Assembly (NCBI GenBank): GCA_013239625.1
Contig: MU056000.1
Location: 7,663,214 to 7,727,213, forward strand
From: Lama guanicoe
Taxonomy: Eukaryota
Direction: 5' to 3'
DNA length: 64,000 bases
Shown: piece after piece, positions 1 to 12,231 of the stretch
Position numbering within the stretch: position 1 is the stretch's first letter
How the letters are laid out: every line of letters starts with the position of its first letter
Program-made: the position numbers and the translations under genes
Notes under the pieces: generated by a model
Database searches by the model: none
What the model was told of the DNA's origin: nothing
Seen by the model: only the letters and a program-made list of their open reading frames with translations

Positions 1-386
1 TCTACAATGTCTCCAAAATGTTAATCAGTATCACACAGCTGACATTGGACAGGTGGGAGGTGTCATGGGTCCAAAGGAAGAAAGCCATGACACGCTGGGC
101 CAAGGAGCTGGGGCCCTAGTCTGCAGAGCTGGAGCTGACAGGTAATCCCCCCATTAAATGGCACCGTGGCCCTGGCTTTTGTGATAGCAGAATCTCAGTC
201 CTCCAAATGTGCCCAGTTACTGCTGGAAGCAAGACTCTCGACGTGCCTCTCGTGTGTCTGCACGGGTTTTCCACAGCCCTCGCCATGCCATCTTCACCCT
301 GTTCTTCCTTTCTAGTTATGGCTTGCAGCTGCCCACACCGTGGCCCACCCCGTTCTTAGGAAAAGCTGTACCCTGGCATCACCTCA

Positions 387-959
387 GTCTTTGCCGAGAT
401 AGGGGAGGAGCCGGGAAGGTGGCAGTGGGGGCCTATGATTGCTTCTGAAGTTTCCATTCATCGGGGCATGCCAACAGGGCTGGTTTCCCTGAAGAGGTGG
501 CTCAAGACCCCCGATGCAGAAACTGTTAGCTCCCTTCCCAGATGGCCTCTTTATTTGCCGTTCCAGGACACACTGGTGGAGCCCCATCGGGCACAGCTTG
601 AGGGCTTTCTCTTGGCTTACCTGCACAGGTCAGAAATCCTGGGCATAGGCACCGCAGGGGCATCCTGCAGCCGAAGATGGGTGGGAGTAGAGGATGAATA
701 CCCTAGTTTCTTGGCCATGTAAGTATTTTGCTCTGTGAGTTCTAGCTGCTTTGGCTTCCTTGGGCTCCATCCTTGGTCTTCTCAGCTCAGGGAGACTGCT
801 TATTTGGGTTCCCCCTTCCTGGACGGCAGCCCGGACACCCTTCAGGCAGTCAGCTGGCACAGCTGCAGAGATTTCCTCTTCGTTTCCCTGCTCCCGTGAC
901 CACGGTCCTGAACTGCCTATTGTCCTTGTTTCATTTATGTTGTCCAGTTTCCTACTTAC
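387..959 (-). pseudogene. Candidate relic exon block: ~190 codons in one frame with a single internal stop
   Basis: ORFs 630..860 and 384..626 share a frame that is open upstream to 959. Polar/charged translation. Confidence 0.4.
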
Positions 960-1024
960 TTAAGAGTAAATCCATTCCCTAGTACTCCATCATGGTTAGC
1001 AGCAGAAGTCCTTCGTGTCAGCAG

Positions 1025-1850
1025 TTAGTGAAGAAAGCATAGTCTTTCAACAGAAGGTGCTGGAACAACGGACTGTCCCCATGGGAAAAGCTGGGCTTTG
1101 ACTCCTACCTTCCAAGATGAAAAAAAACCCAAACAAACAAAATAAAAAACAAACTCAACTTGATGTGGATCAAACCCCCAAATGTAATAGCTAAAACTAT
1201 AAAACACTGAGAAGAAACACAGGAGAAAAAATCAACATATCCTTGGAGCAGGCAGAGATTTCCAGAATTTGTAAAGCACTCTTATGACTGAGACAAACAA
1301 CCTATTAAAATAAAGGTAAAATATTTCATCTGTCTCTTTAAAGAAAGAAAAAAGACACTGTAGGAGGGAAGAAGGACATGAAAAGTTGCTCTCAACATCA
1401 TTATTCATCAGGGTGAAACAAATTAAAACCACAATGAGATATTACTACGCACACATTAAAAGGCTAAAGTTTGAAAACTGATAGTCTCACGTGTTGGTGA
1501 GGATGTGGTACAGTTGGACCTCTGAGATATTTCTGGTAGGTAAGTACACCAGCAACCTTTTAAGAAAACAGTTTGGCAGTTTCTTATAAAGTTCTATATG
1601 TACTTATTTTTTAACCTTAGAATTCCACTCCTAGGCATTTACCCAAAAAGAAAGAACATACGTATTTACCACCTCCCACCAAAATCCCAAGTCTGCAATG
1701 TGCATAAATGTCTTCTTCATAATAGCCCCAAAATGGCTTTCAAGAACTGGATGGATAAATAAATTGTGGTGTGTCCTTACAGTAGAACACCACTCAGAAC
1801 CAGAAGGAATGAAATGTATGTACCTGTGTTAAAAAGACAAACAAAGCTAA
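1025..1850 (+). mobile_element. Old L1M (L1MC/MD/ME-type) ORF2/3' fragment
   Basis: L1 hallmarks: ctttcaacagaaggtgctggaacaac, aattaaaaccacaatgagatattactac, aattccactcctaggcatttaccc, atggataaataaattgtgg. Confidence 0.85.
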
Positions 1851-2856
1851 ACAAAGGCCATAGTTCGAAGACATGGCTAAGAAAACCACCCCGATTTTTC
1901 CAAAAGACTGACTCTGACCTTCACCAGCAAGATGGCGAGCCAGTGGGCAGCTCCTCCCCTTGGAGGGGCAGGACTAGATCTGGCATGTTCTCCAATCCCC
2001 ACCCCCAACCCCACTCCAGCCCCTGCCTCTGATGCTACCTGCCCCCAAGCTGGGGCAGGGGACAGCAGAAATGTCCTGCAGCATGTGGGCTGGGGCCACC
2101 CCCACACCCATGAGGAACTGAATTTGAATTGAAATTAGTTTAGATGTGGAAACACTGTTACATTTCTTGCACACTGGAGATTATGGACCGAGGTAACTCA
2201 TCCCTCTATGGCCTGGTGTGCTGGCACTGGGGATTTGGGTGGACTGTGGAAGGACGGGCCTTCTACAGTCACTGTCCTTCTAGTTCTGCAGGAGAAAGTG
2301 AGACAGGAGGGCCCTGGCTCCTGGGATGGGTTACAGCATAGACTCTTGTGCGGCTATTTCCAGAGCTCTACGCCCCACATCAAGGAGACATGGGAGATCG
2401 GGAGGAGGTTCAAGGTCTGGGGAGAGAAGATCAAGACTTCTTTAGCAACCCCCAGGTTGCACAGGGATTATGAATTCTCTCAGACCTGTAAGCTTACTTA
2501 GTGCCTAACTAAATGAAAGACACATAGAGGTGTTTTGTAAGTGGGGATCTGACAGGATTTGAACAATACTCCAGTGTCTTTTGGATTGTTTTTCTACATC
2601 CAACTTAATTCCCATTCAAAGCTCAGTGTACTTCAAGTCCACAGAGATAGAACTGCTTGCACGAGAATGTTGGCTCAAACTGTTACTTTCCCTCTAAAGC
2701 CAACATTAGTATCAGAAAATCCAGTTATTTACCTCTGCCCTCCATCTCTCAGCCATCCAGTTGGTATCACCAACAGTGATGGAGGAAGGAAGGCAGTGAA
2801 GAGTGAACTGAGGGAGCGGTGAGTACAAAAGTCAAGATTGGAAAGAGGCTGGAATG

Positions 2857-3199
2857 CCTGTGTAGACAGCCCTTCACAAAACAGACAGACTCTCACACAC
2901 ATAGAAAACAAACTTATGGTCACCGGGGAGAAAGGGGGTGGGAAGGGGTAAATCAGGAGTTTGAGATTTGCAGATACTAACTAACACACATAAAATAGAT
3001 AAGCAAAAAATTCATACTGTATAGCACAGGGAGCTATATTCAATATTTTGTAGTAATTAATGGTGAAAAAGAATATGAAAATGAATATATGTATGTGTGA
3101 CTGAAGCATTGTGCTGTATGCCAGAACTTGATACAACATTGTAAACTGACTGTACTTCAATAAAAAATATATATATACACATTTTAAAAAAAGAAAAAT
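2857..3199 (+). mobile_element. Young 5'-truncated L1 3' end with perfect 15-bp TSD
   Basis: Artiodactyl-type L1 3' UTR with AATAAA and A-rich tail. AAAGAGGCTGGAATG at 2842-2856 and 3200-3214. Confidence 0.92.
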
Positions 3200-4689
3200 A
3201 AAGAGGCTGGAATGAAAAAGAAGATGGGTCTTTCTGGGACTGAGGAAGAGTGAAGATAAAGGCTGCTGGTTTAAGAGGAACTAAATTGTGGTAAATCTTC
3301 GGGTCAGTCTCAGAAAGCGTCACATGTTTTCCTCATAGGTGCTTTTCCTGGCCACCCCTCCAATCTAAAACTCANNNNNNNNNNNNNNNNNNNNNNNNNN
3401 NNNNNNNNNNNNNNNNNNNNNNNNNNNNNNNNNNNNNNNNNNNNNNNNNNNNNNNNNNNNNNNNNNNNNNNNNNNNNNNNNNNNNNNNNNNNNNNNNNNN
3501 NNNNNNNNNNCATGTCACTCTCCTGCAATGGAAGAGGAAAGAGACAGGGCTGCGGAAGAACTTGGTTTAATTATCAGGCCACGTCAGGTATTTCAATGTT
3601 CCTCCATCAGCAATTCTGAGTACGTCGTCGCTTTTCTCACCAGAAGCTATTTTTTAATTAAGTTAAAGCTGTCCGCTGTCTCACCGTTGATTTTCTTTTT
3701 TAAAAAGTCGTGCCAGAACTTCCTGTAAGCAGCGTCAGAATAGCCTCTTATCACGTTTAGGGCGGCAGTCATTCGGCAAAGATTTGCTGAGCCTGTGGGA
3801 CTCTCACAACCAAAATGATCTTAATGGTGTTTTAATGTCTGAACTACTCTGTTCTTATGTGTGAGGTTACCAACTGGATAAAAGAAATGGCTTTGACATT
3901 CTGGTGGTTACTGGAGTTTGGAAAATGCCCCTGAAGGGTGGAAGGTTTGTGAGGTTTTCTGTACCAAATGAGAAACAGTTAAACCACCGAACCTGCATTG
4001 ATATCCACAATGCATTAGGGCTTTTTTTTTTTTTGGTCTGTTCATAAATACATTGATACATTGTTGAGTGAATGGTTATGTTAGAAGAAAGAAAGATCTT
4101 CTGGATCGCCATATCTCAAAAATTAAGAAACAGTTTTAAAAAACTGTTCATAGTTTATAATAGGAGAAATGTGTCTTCAAAGGAAAGGTTTGCATCCCCC
4201 AAAGAGAGGCTTAGTAGTATTCTGGGACTATTTGAAAAGACTTCACGTAAGATGTATTTATTATTTTACAGAGTCTTATAAAACACCCTGTTCACAGAAT
4301 AGAGGTCATTTTTATTGGTATTACCTCTACGTATGATTTCTGATCAATGGTTTGAGTGAAATGGAGAATGAGTCAAAAGAAGTTAACTAAAGTGTTAAAT
4401 CATCGTTTTTTCAGACTTTTACCTTGCTTAACATCTCTGCTACATCAGGGGCCCAAGAACCATCACCTGGCCAACTTCTCTGTCAAATGCTGCCCCAAAT
4501 CTCATAAGCTTCCCTTTCAATTAAATAGTAGTACAATTCCTTGCTGGTTAGTTTCTTGGACAAGTCCAAGTCTTTTCTAAGAGTTAGATAATTTCTCTGC
4601 AGAGACCCACCTCATTATTTTTGTGTAACCTGTCCATTATTGCAATAACTTCCCTCCTCCTGACAATTGTGTAGCACACTTTTGTGTCA

Positions 4690-5770
4690 CCACATTTACT
4701 GGGCACCCTCAATTCTGTGCCAGGCAGTGGGTCAGAAGCTCAAGACACTAAGATGCCCAGGGTGGACCTCAAGTTGCCTTTTGTTTTGGAAACAGCAAAG
4801 CAAACCCATGATTATGATACACAGTGAGGAAGACATAATAGAGTTAGCAGCAGGTGCTATGAGAAGGGACAGGGGTCCACATCATATCACAGCATCGTGG
4901 AACCCTTCCCCAGGGCAATGGTGTTAAGTCTGAGCCTTAAGGGATTCATGGGAGTTGAACGGTGGCGATGAGCATTCCGGATATGGAGGACAGTGGGTCG
5001 TGAAGACTTTGTGTCGTGGCCAACTGTTTCGGGTGGCTGTAAGGACAAGTATGCTAGAATGTTTCAGGACCTACTGCGGAGGCAATTTCTGATTGGGAAG
5101 AGTTTTGACATTCAAATTTGATGCTGAAAGTTCTCAGAAAGGAATTGAAAGGCAGAGCAGCACTATGAGATGATTAACGTTGCAGAGGAATAGATCTGGC
5201 CCAAGTGTGGAATTTAGGTTAGAGGGGGCGCATTCTAGAGAAAGGGGAGCCAATGAGGCTGCTGTTTCAGGAGCCCAAGTGAGAAGAAATAAGGGCCTGA
5301 TAAAAGCAGAAACTGGGGAGGAAAGGAAAGTGTGGAACTGAGGAATATCAAGGCAACTGAACTGGTTAATGATACAAGCAGAGGAGTGAGGCAGAAGGAT
5401 TTATTTACAATGACCATCACTGCTGCCTGGGGGGTGGGGCCATCCTTTGCACAGGGGGATGTAGACACAGGGAGGCTAATGGAGGTTTGGTGGAGAATGA
5501 ACCCATGTGTACCTGTGTGAGGTCCACGGGAGAAGTTAGGAAGGCAGTCTCACATTTCAGTCTGGACCTTGGGGCGCTGATCTTGACCAGAGATCTGAAC
5601 TTGTAGGTACTCAGCAAACAGCTGATGGTTCAGATCATTGATTTACATAAAGGGAGGGCACAGAGCAAGAAGAGGAGACATTGAGGATGATCAGCATTAG
5701 GGAGTGAATGGAGGAGGAAGAATCCAAGGCAACACCAGGAAAGGAGCTGTCAGGGAGATGGAGGGAGGGC
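4690..5770 (-). mobile_element. LINE-2 fragments
   Basis: catttactgggcaccc...tgtgccaggca start, followed by typical purine-rich antisense L2 sequence. Confidence 0.7.
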
Positions 5771-6255
5771 TGGAATTTTCCAGAACCTTCACTTCTCATC
5801 CCAAATGAATTGCCGTGGAGCTGACGTGCCTCTCTCCACCACTGCCAGCTCCATTTTCTTTCCACTTGTGAATTCCTCAAGAAGGGTAGAACTATTTCCT
5901 TTCATCATTCAAGTCCCCAGATTCGGCTAAATTCTTACAATGACAGGCCCCGTCTCTCAGGGACCTAATGAATTACTGGGCTCCGTGCTTCACTACTTCT
6001 TTTGGTTCTATGTCCTAAAGAAAGGCTACTTCTTTTAAGACTTGGGATATTATTAAAATTCCCTTCTACAGAAACAAACTAAACCTACCAACTTCTGATC
6101 ACAGATACTTTAAAAGAATGGTGCACAGTTTAGAGAAAATTTGAATAAATAAAAACACTTGGCTACAGTTAAGATATCTTTCATTAACATATAATTTTTG
6201 TCAGTCACTACTCAGCCTATTACATGTTTTCACACAAGTTTATGAAGAACTAATT

Positions 6256-6815
6256 TACTCTGGTATGATTTTACTCCTCAGCGCTTGTCCTTTATTGAAA
6301 GACCCTAAATCAGTTTTTCCAAGTCTCAATGCCCCTATAACTTTTCTTTTGCTTTCATTTGCTTCCATTTGCTTCCATTTTTACTGTATCAGGGGAGCTC
6401 TGATTACACTGTATTGCAAACTCTTTGAGGTCATTCTCTTTTGTACTTACCCAATTCTTTCTATTGGAAATGACCAATAAATATATAATATGATGATTTG
6501 ATTGCTTATAACTTATCAGGGAAATAGTCAGTTGGCTCTCCTGAGAGTCCAGCTCTTTCTTTGCTAACTGGTTCATTTTTAGACCCAGAAGTAATGAAAT
6601 AACAAAATCAGATACTAAGATATGTTGGTTTATAGGAACATCTCAAGAAGGGTCTCTTTTTAATAAAAAAGGAGCTTGACATAAATTTTACTAATAGTTA
6701 CTTGTTTTTTTCTCTCACTGGCTATTTTAAAAAGTCATGTAATGTTAACCATCATCTTTGAAACCCACTGTTTTTGGATACGCAGAAGGAAACTCACCCT
6801 TCAAACACCTTTGAC
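6256..6815 (-). pseudogene. Candidate relic exon (5' part of a large AT-rich exon)
   Basis: Strong acceptor attcattctgttcag| at 6818-6816. The phase-1 frame is the frame of ORF 6355..6576. Confidence 0.35.
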
Positions 6816-6967
6816 CTGAACAGAATGAATTGAATAAAATTTTAAATAGAGATATAAAAATATCTCCCATTAATAATTAATGTATTTTAATATCTTCTAG
6901 GTAAATTTTTAGTTGAAATAAGCCTGTAAGAGAAAAGGAGATCTAGTGGGCCCAGACAGGATAGAGT

Positions 6968-7210
6968 GTGTATTAGCTTCCTGTTGCTACTGTAACAAAT
7001 GAGCACAAATGGAGTGGGTGAAAATGGCGCAAGTTGACGATCATCTTCCAGTTCTGGAGATGAGATGCCTGCAGCAAGTCCCACAGGGATGGAATGTGTC
7101 GGTAGAAGTGCATTCCTTCCGGAGGCTTTAGGGGGGAATCCATTCCCTTCTCTTTTCTAGCTTCTGGAGGCCGAGTGGATTCTCCATGTCTCTCCTCTCA
7201 TGCCTTGCCC
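6968..7210 (-). mobile_element. MaLR LTR fragment (MLT1B/C/D-like)
   Basis: tgtattagcttcctgttgctactgtaacaaat...cagttctggag...ttttctagcttctggagg. Confidence 0.8.
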
Positions 7211-7649
7211 TTTTGCACGTGCCTTATTCTGACTCAGTCGTTTTAAAAGAACCGAAGCAGGAGTGATGATTATATGCCTTTAATATATCAGGGGAATATA
7301 CAGCCTGTACCTAATAACTTGAGCTCTCAATTCTGGATGAGTTATGAGACAAGATAGGAGACAATACAAGGGATCGTGACAGCCTGAAAAATGCCCCACT
7401 GTGCATGGGCAGCGGGCGAGGTAAGTAGCATTACTCTGCGTCTCCCTTGAGGTCCCAGAGCAAATGCATTTTATTGATTTTCATGCTTAAAAGCCTCATC
7501 TGTTCAAGTAGCATATTTAGTGTTACAAGTACAACTGAGATCAGTTAAAACTCCCACAGGCAAAATGAGTCCCACAATATATTTTAAAAGTAGTATTAAA
7601 TTGGGTAGCTCTGCAAGTTTATTTATAAATTAGTTGACTTCTCAGTTAC

Positions 7650-7793
7650 CCTGTTTCTCTCTTGTAGTAAATGATGTAAGTGCTCTGGTCCACTTTCAGG
7701 ACAATCACTCTTCAAATCCCACAGAAACTTGAGGCTGGAAAATTTTCTTCCCACCGTGATGATTTGGAAGTGTTCATTCATTTGCAAAAGTTC
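7650..7793 (-). pseudogene. Candidate relic symmetric exon, 144 nt
   Basis: Acceptor gtttttctcatttccatag| and donor AGG|gtaact. The phase-0 frame is fully open (ELLQMNEHFQ...LLQERNR). Confidence 0.4.
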
Positions 7794-8072
7794 CTATGGA
7801 AATGAGAAAAACCTCCATGAATATGTTTTTTAAAAGTCATTTAAATCCAAATTGAGAGATGCTTGTCCCATGACTGATAAATATTTCTAGAACCAGTCAA
7901 TCTCTATTCATCTGTTATTCCCAAAGATTGTTCCAAACGCAATGTGACGGGTTCCCCCCATCTCCCCTTTCCTGCTCTTTCTGACTCTGCTTACCCCTAT
8001 TCCCACTTCATTTGGTGCTCAGTGTTGCTGTGAAGTTCCCTGACCTTCAAAGCCCCCGACACAGAGCCTCAC

Positions 8073-8268
8073 CTGGCTTTCCACCCTTACTGCTCCACTC
8101 CCTTCCAGTATCTTCCATGAAGCTTGGGAGATCTTCTCTTGAGAGCAATGTCATCAGTTTCCTTCCAGTTGTCACACTGGTTCTTGTGACAGTATCTTGT
8201 TCTGGAATTCTCTCTGGGCTGGCTGGAAACACAGTAGTTTCCCTAGACTCCTTTAGAACACAAGTTTC
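8073..8268 (-). pseudogene. Candidate relic exon, 196 nt, fully open
   Basis: Acceptor ...acatgctag| and donor CAG|gtgagg. 65 open codons (ETCVLKESRETTVFPASPERIPEQD...SKGGKP). Confidence 0.42.
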
Positions 8269-8614
8269 CTAGCATGTAATAGTAGTCACATGAAAGACAT
8301 GTTCAGTTGCCAAGTAAACCTTGGAAATTTATAATGCAGGTTGGCATGTATGAAAGCAAAATGCCCCAAATATCTTGGCTAATGTTGTTCAGTCCTTCCC
8401 ATCATTTAAAATAAAACATATTTTAAAATGATCTGTCTTCCTCAGGGATGAGCAGGCAGTAAAGCAATTTGGGGAGAATCAGCACAAAATGAAGCAGAAA
8501 AGTTACTCAGCTGGGTATCAGGAGAATTTTAACAGCAAGTCCTGGAAAATGTAACTGTGACTTTGGCAGAAGGAGGGAAATTATAGGTTCATTTATTTAA
8601 AAACTTAAGATTAG

Positions 8615-9094
8615 TTTCACCTAATTGTCTATCAACAGATGAATGGATAACGATGTATTATATACATATGATGGAATACTACTCAGCCACAAAAAATGAA
8701 TAACATTTCTATTTGCAGCAACATTGATGGACTTGGAGGGCATTATGTTAAGTGAAATAAGTCAGACAGTGAAAGACAAATACTATATGATATCACTTAT
8801 ATGTGGAATAAAAAAAATACAACAAACTGGTGAATATAACACAAAAGAAGCAGACTCATAGATCTAGAGAACAAACTAGTGGTTACCAGTGGGGAGAAGG
8901 ATGGGGGAGGAGCATACATGGGTAGGGGACTAAGAGGTACCAACTATTAGGTATGAAATAAGCTACAAGGCTATATTGTATAACACCGGGAACCTAGCCA
9001 ATATTTTATAATAACTGTAAATGAAGTATAACCTTTAAAAATTGTGAATCACTGTATTGTTCACCTGTAACTTATATAATAAAGAAAAAAAAAA
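8615..9094 (+). mobile_element. L1 3' end (L1MA9-like) with poly(A) tail
   Basis: tgtctatcaacagatgaatggata...gcattatgttaagtgaaataagtcagacag...attgtgaatcactgtattg, then an A-tail. Confidence 0.9.
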
Positions 9095-9600
9095 GGTCAG
9101 ACTTGCTTCAGGTAGGGTTTGGCCCTTCAATAGCAAGTTACAAGAAAATCATCTCAAACTGAAGCAGAAAAAGGGGGGTTTTTGGTTCACCTACTAAAAT
9201 TCTCAAGGTGACTTGGCCAAGGCATTCTAACGTGGCCATTGGAGCCTGGTGTGTCTCCATCTCCTGGCTGTGCCTCTTTGGCTTCATTCTCAGGGCTCCA
9301 TGTGGTGGCCCCTGACCACAGCTGACTCTTATTCTCATTACTGCTAGGAAGTAGCCGGAAGTCTTTTTGCACATCACTGATTCTGATTTGGTGACGTGAT
9401 CATTCAGAACCAATCATAGTGACTCAGGAGATACCATACTCTGATTGGTCAGATCTGAGTCCCGGTCTGGGGGAAGGGCCAACTCCCTTCCGAGTGCATA
9501 GGTCAGAGGGCGTGGAAGATAGTGGTGCCCAGGGGAAAATTGTGTCATTATTACCCAAAGCAGAATGAGTGGGTACTTAGTCGCCAGAACCCAACAAACA
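9095..9600 (-). mobile_element. Old MaLR (MLT1J/K/L-like) fragments
   Basis: gacttgcttcaggtagggtttg, ctgatttggtgacgtgatca, ctgattggtcagatctgagtc motifs. Confidence 0.55.
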
Positions 9601-10650
9601 TCCCCTGCAACAGAACAGAAAACATCAGCCAGCATGTATCTTGGTCTCTATGTATTTAAAGCAATTCCATTTCACAGATGAGTAGAGTCTTAGGGCTCAG
9701 GAGATAGTCAAGATGCCTGCAGTTATCACACAATGCAGGAGAAAGATGTTCCTAGGATGTGGAGCAAAGTTTACCTTCTGAAAACATGACCATCCAAAAT
9801 GCACCTTATAGAGTGAGTCAGAGATGTGTTCCTTACCAGGCTGACTTCCTTAAGGGTTAAGGACATTATTTCAATCTCTCCATCACTTAGCGTAATGCTT
9901 GGTGCAGAACGGCTGGGGAGAAGAACATATCCGATTGAGTTAATTAATACATTTGTAGAAGGGACTCAAGGGATGATCGTTTTAAAAAGTATGTCCTAGG
10001 ATGCTTGGGATGCTCTGCCCAGTTAAAAGGTGCACAGTTTTTGGACCACATGGTACAAATTGAGAAAATCTGTAGCCTAAGAGCTATTCCTTAACATGTC
10101 TGAAGACTGTGTGAAAATAAAGTGTATTGGTCTTGGAGGAGTCTAGGGAGGGAGGACCAGGCAAGAACTTTTAGGATCCATGGGAGACAAGCCCTGTTCA
10201 ATTTAACTTTGTGCATCTTCCTTCTCTCCTGTATCCAGCCCACAAGTTCATGTACCCTTGGCCTTCCCATTCTTCAGCTCTTCAACTCAGCCAGGTTCTG
10301 CTCCCCTCCCTGCTCTGGGCAGTATGCTGCTGCGCTTCTGGGCTCACCGTGTTTCCTTCCACTCATGGACCAGAATCTTGTGCAGCTCTTTGTCCCAACC
10401 CTTGCTGCGTATATTTTGCCTAGTCTTCTAGTTGCTTAAGACGGGAGGGTGAACCTGGCTCCTGTTGCTCCATCTCGGCCTGTGCATTTGAATACTTTGT
10501 GTCTGGCTGGGAAGGAGGTCAGGTCTAAGGAGGACACATGGGATGGACAGGAGAAGCGGAGGAGCTGATTGGCTACAGAGTTCTGACTGGATGTCCTCCT
10601 CACCTCTCCTCCTGGTTTGCTGATGAAGGACAATGGGTAGACGTAATTTT

Positions 10651-11211
10651 TAAAAAATGTAACTATAGTTGATTTACTGCACCGTGTTATATTCAGGTGG
10701 ACAGCTTCAGATTCTTTTCCATTATAGGTTATTACAAGACACTGAATATATCTCTGTGCTGTATGGTAGGTCCTTATTGTTTATTCGTTTTTTATATAGT
10801 GGCTGTTTCTGTTAAGCTCATACTTCTGCTTTATTCCCCATCTCTGCCACCTCTCTGTTTGGTAACCATAAGTTTGTTTTCTATGTCTGTTTTGTAAATA
10901 AGTTCATTTGTGTCTTTTTTACATTCCACATACAAGTGATATCATATAATATTTGTCTTTCTCTGCCTGACTTACTTCACTTAGTATGATCATCTCTAGG
11001 TCCACCCATGTTGTGTGTATGTATATATCTTCTTTACCCAGTCAGCTGTCAATGGACACTTAGGTTGCTTCCCTGTCTCGGCTGTCGTATATAGTGCTGC
11101 CGTGAACACTGGAGCGCATGTATTCCTTCAAATTAGAATTTTCTCTGGTTACATGCCCAGGAGTGGGATTTCTGGATCATACGGTAACTCTATTTTTAGT
11201 TTTTTAAGAGC
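10651..11211 (-). mobile_element. L1 3' end (antisense) with ~12-bp TSD
   Basis: Antisense L1 3' UTR/ORF2 end. agacgtaatttt (10639-10650) vs agatgtaatttt (11212-11223), one CpG-type difference. Confidence 0.9.
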
Positions 11212-11940
11212 AGATGTAATTTTAATCCCCAAGGATGTCCTACTGGCGTTTGCCATGTTTTCTGGAACTGCAGCACTGTTAGGGCATCTTCGCTTGGACT
11301 GAGTCCAGCCTTCCCCGGGCAGAGACTGGAGCTTTTAGGTTCTGAGCTGTCTTTGAGGCATCACTGCAAAATGTGACCTGAGTTCAACCCACCAGCCGCA
11401 CCGCTGGGTATTTTTATTAAGAAGTAAGTGGCTCAAGGAGGGAGGCTCTGGGCAGAATCCATTCTCCCAGAGCGGGTGGCTTCACAGCTGTCAGGCAAGA
11501 TCCCTGCCTGATACAGAAGCAGCAGGGGTAGGTGACACCAGGGCTGGTCCCTCTGTGCCCAGAGGTAGCGGCAAAATCACGGGTTCCTCATCAGGCAGCC
11601 CCATGGCTGGATTTTCTGCGCTGTGTCTGGAGTCTGACCCTCAGTTCTGTTTCACCAGCCCTCCCAGCAATCCTGTAACAATCTCCTTTTTCTCCTCCAT
11701 CAGCCAGAATCAACTGCCCTTGTTTGGACAACTCATTGTCTTGGTTGTATTATTCTTTGACTGAGTGGAGGATTATAACCAAAGATACTCACAAAAAAAT
11801 CAGATATCACTTTATCCATAAAAAGGAAAAGCTAAATTCAAATATCTTCTTCCAAGTAGTTCAGAGTCCTTTCTTACAAGCCCTCTGTGTGTGTCATGGA
11901 CCAATCTCCAAGACCAGAAAAAAGTGAAGGCATTACTTAC

Positions 11941-12231
11941 TTCGGGTCTTATCTCTTGCTCTTGTCAACTGTATTAATGTTCCTGTTTGAAGTCAAATCT
12001 CCTGGTAGGCCAGTGATTGTTACGAGATATTTTAACACCCTGTGTCCGCCCAACACAAATCATGCATTTTCTGAGCAAGGCTCCAGGCTTTAGCAACATT
12101 TCTGTAGATGGACATTTGTAACCAAGGTATAGGATGTATTCAGTTGACAAATGGCTTTCTCTAACAGGAGATTTAGAAACAGCATCTGGATTCATTAGTT
12201 TTATAATTTCACATTCCTTTACATTCATAAG
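11941..12231 (-). pseudogene. Candidate relic exon, 291 nt
   Basis: Acceptor ...atgtttag| and donor GAA|gtaagt. Contains ORF 11974..12228, with two stops near the 3' end. Confidence 0.4.
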
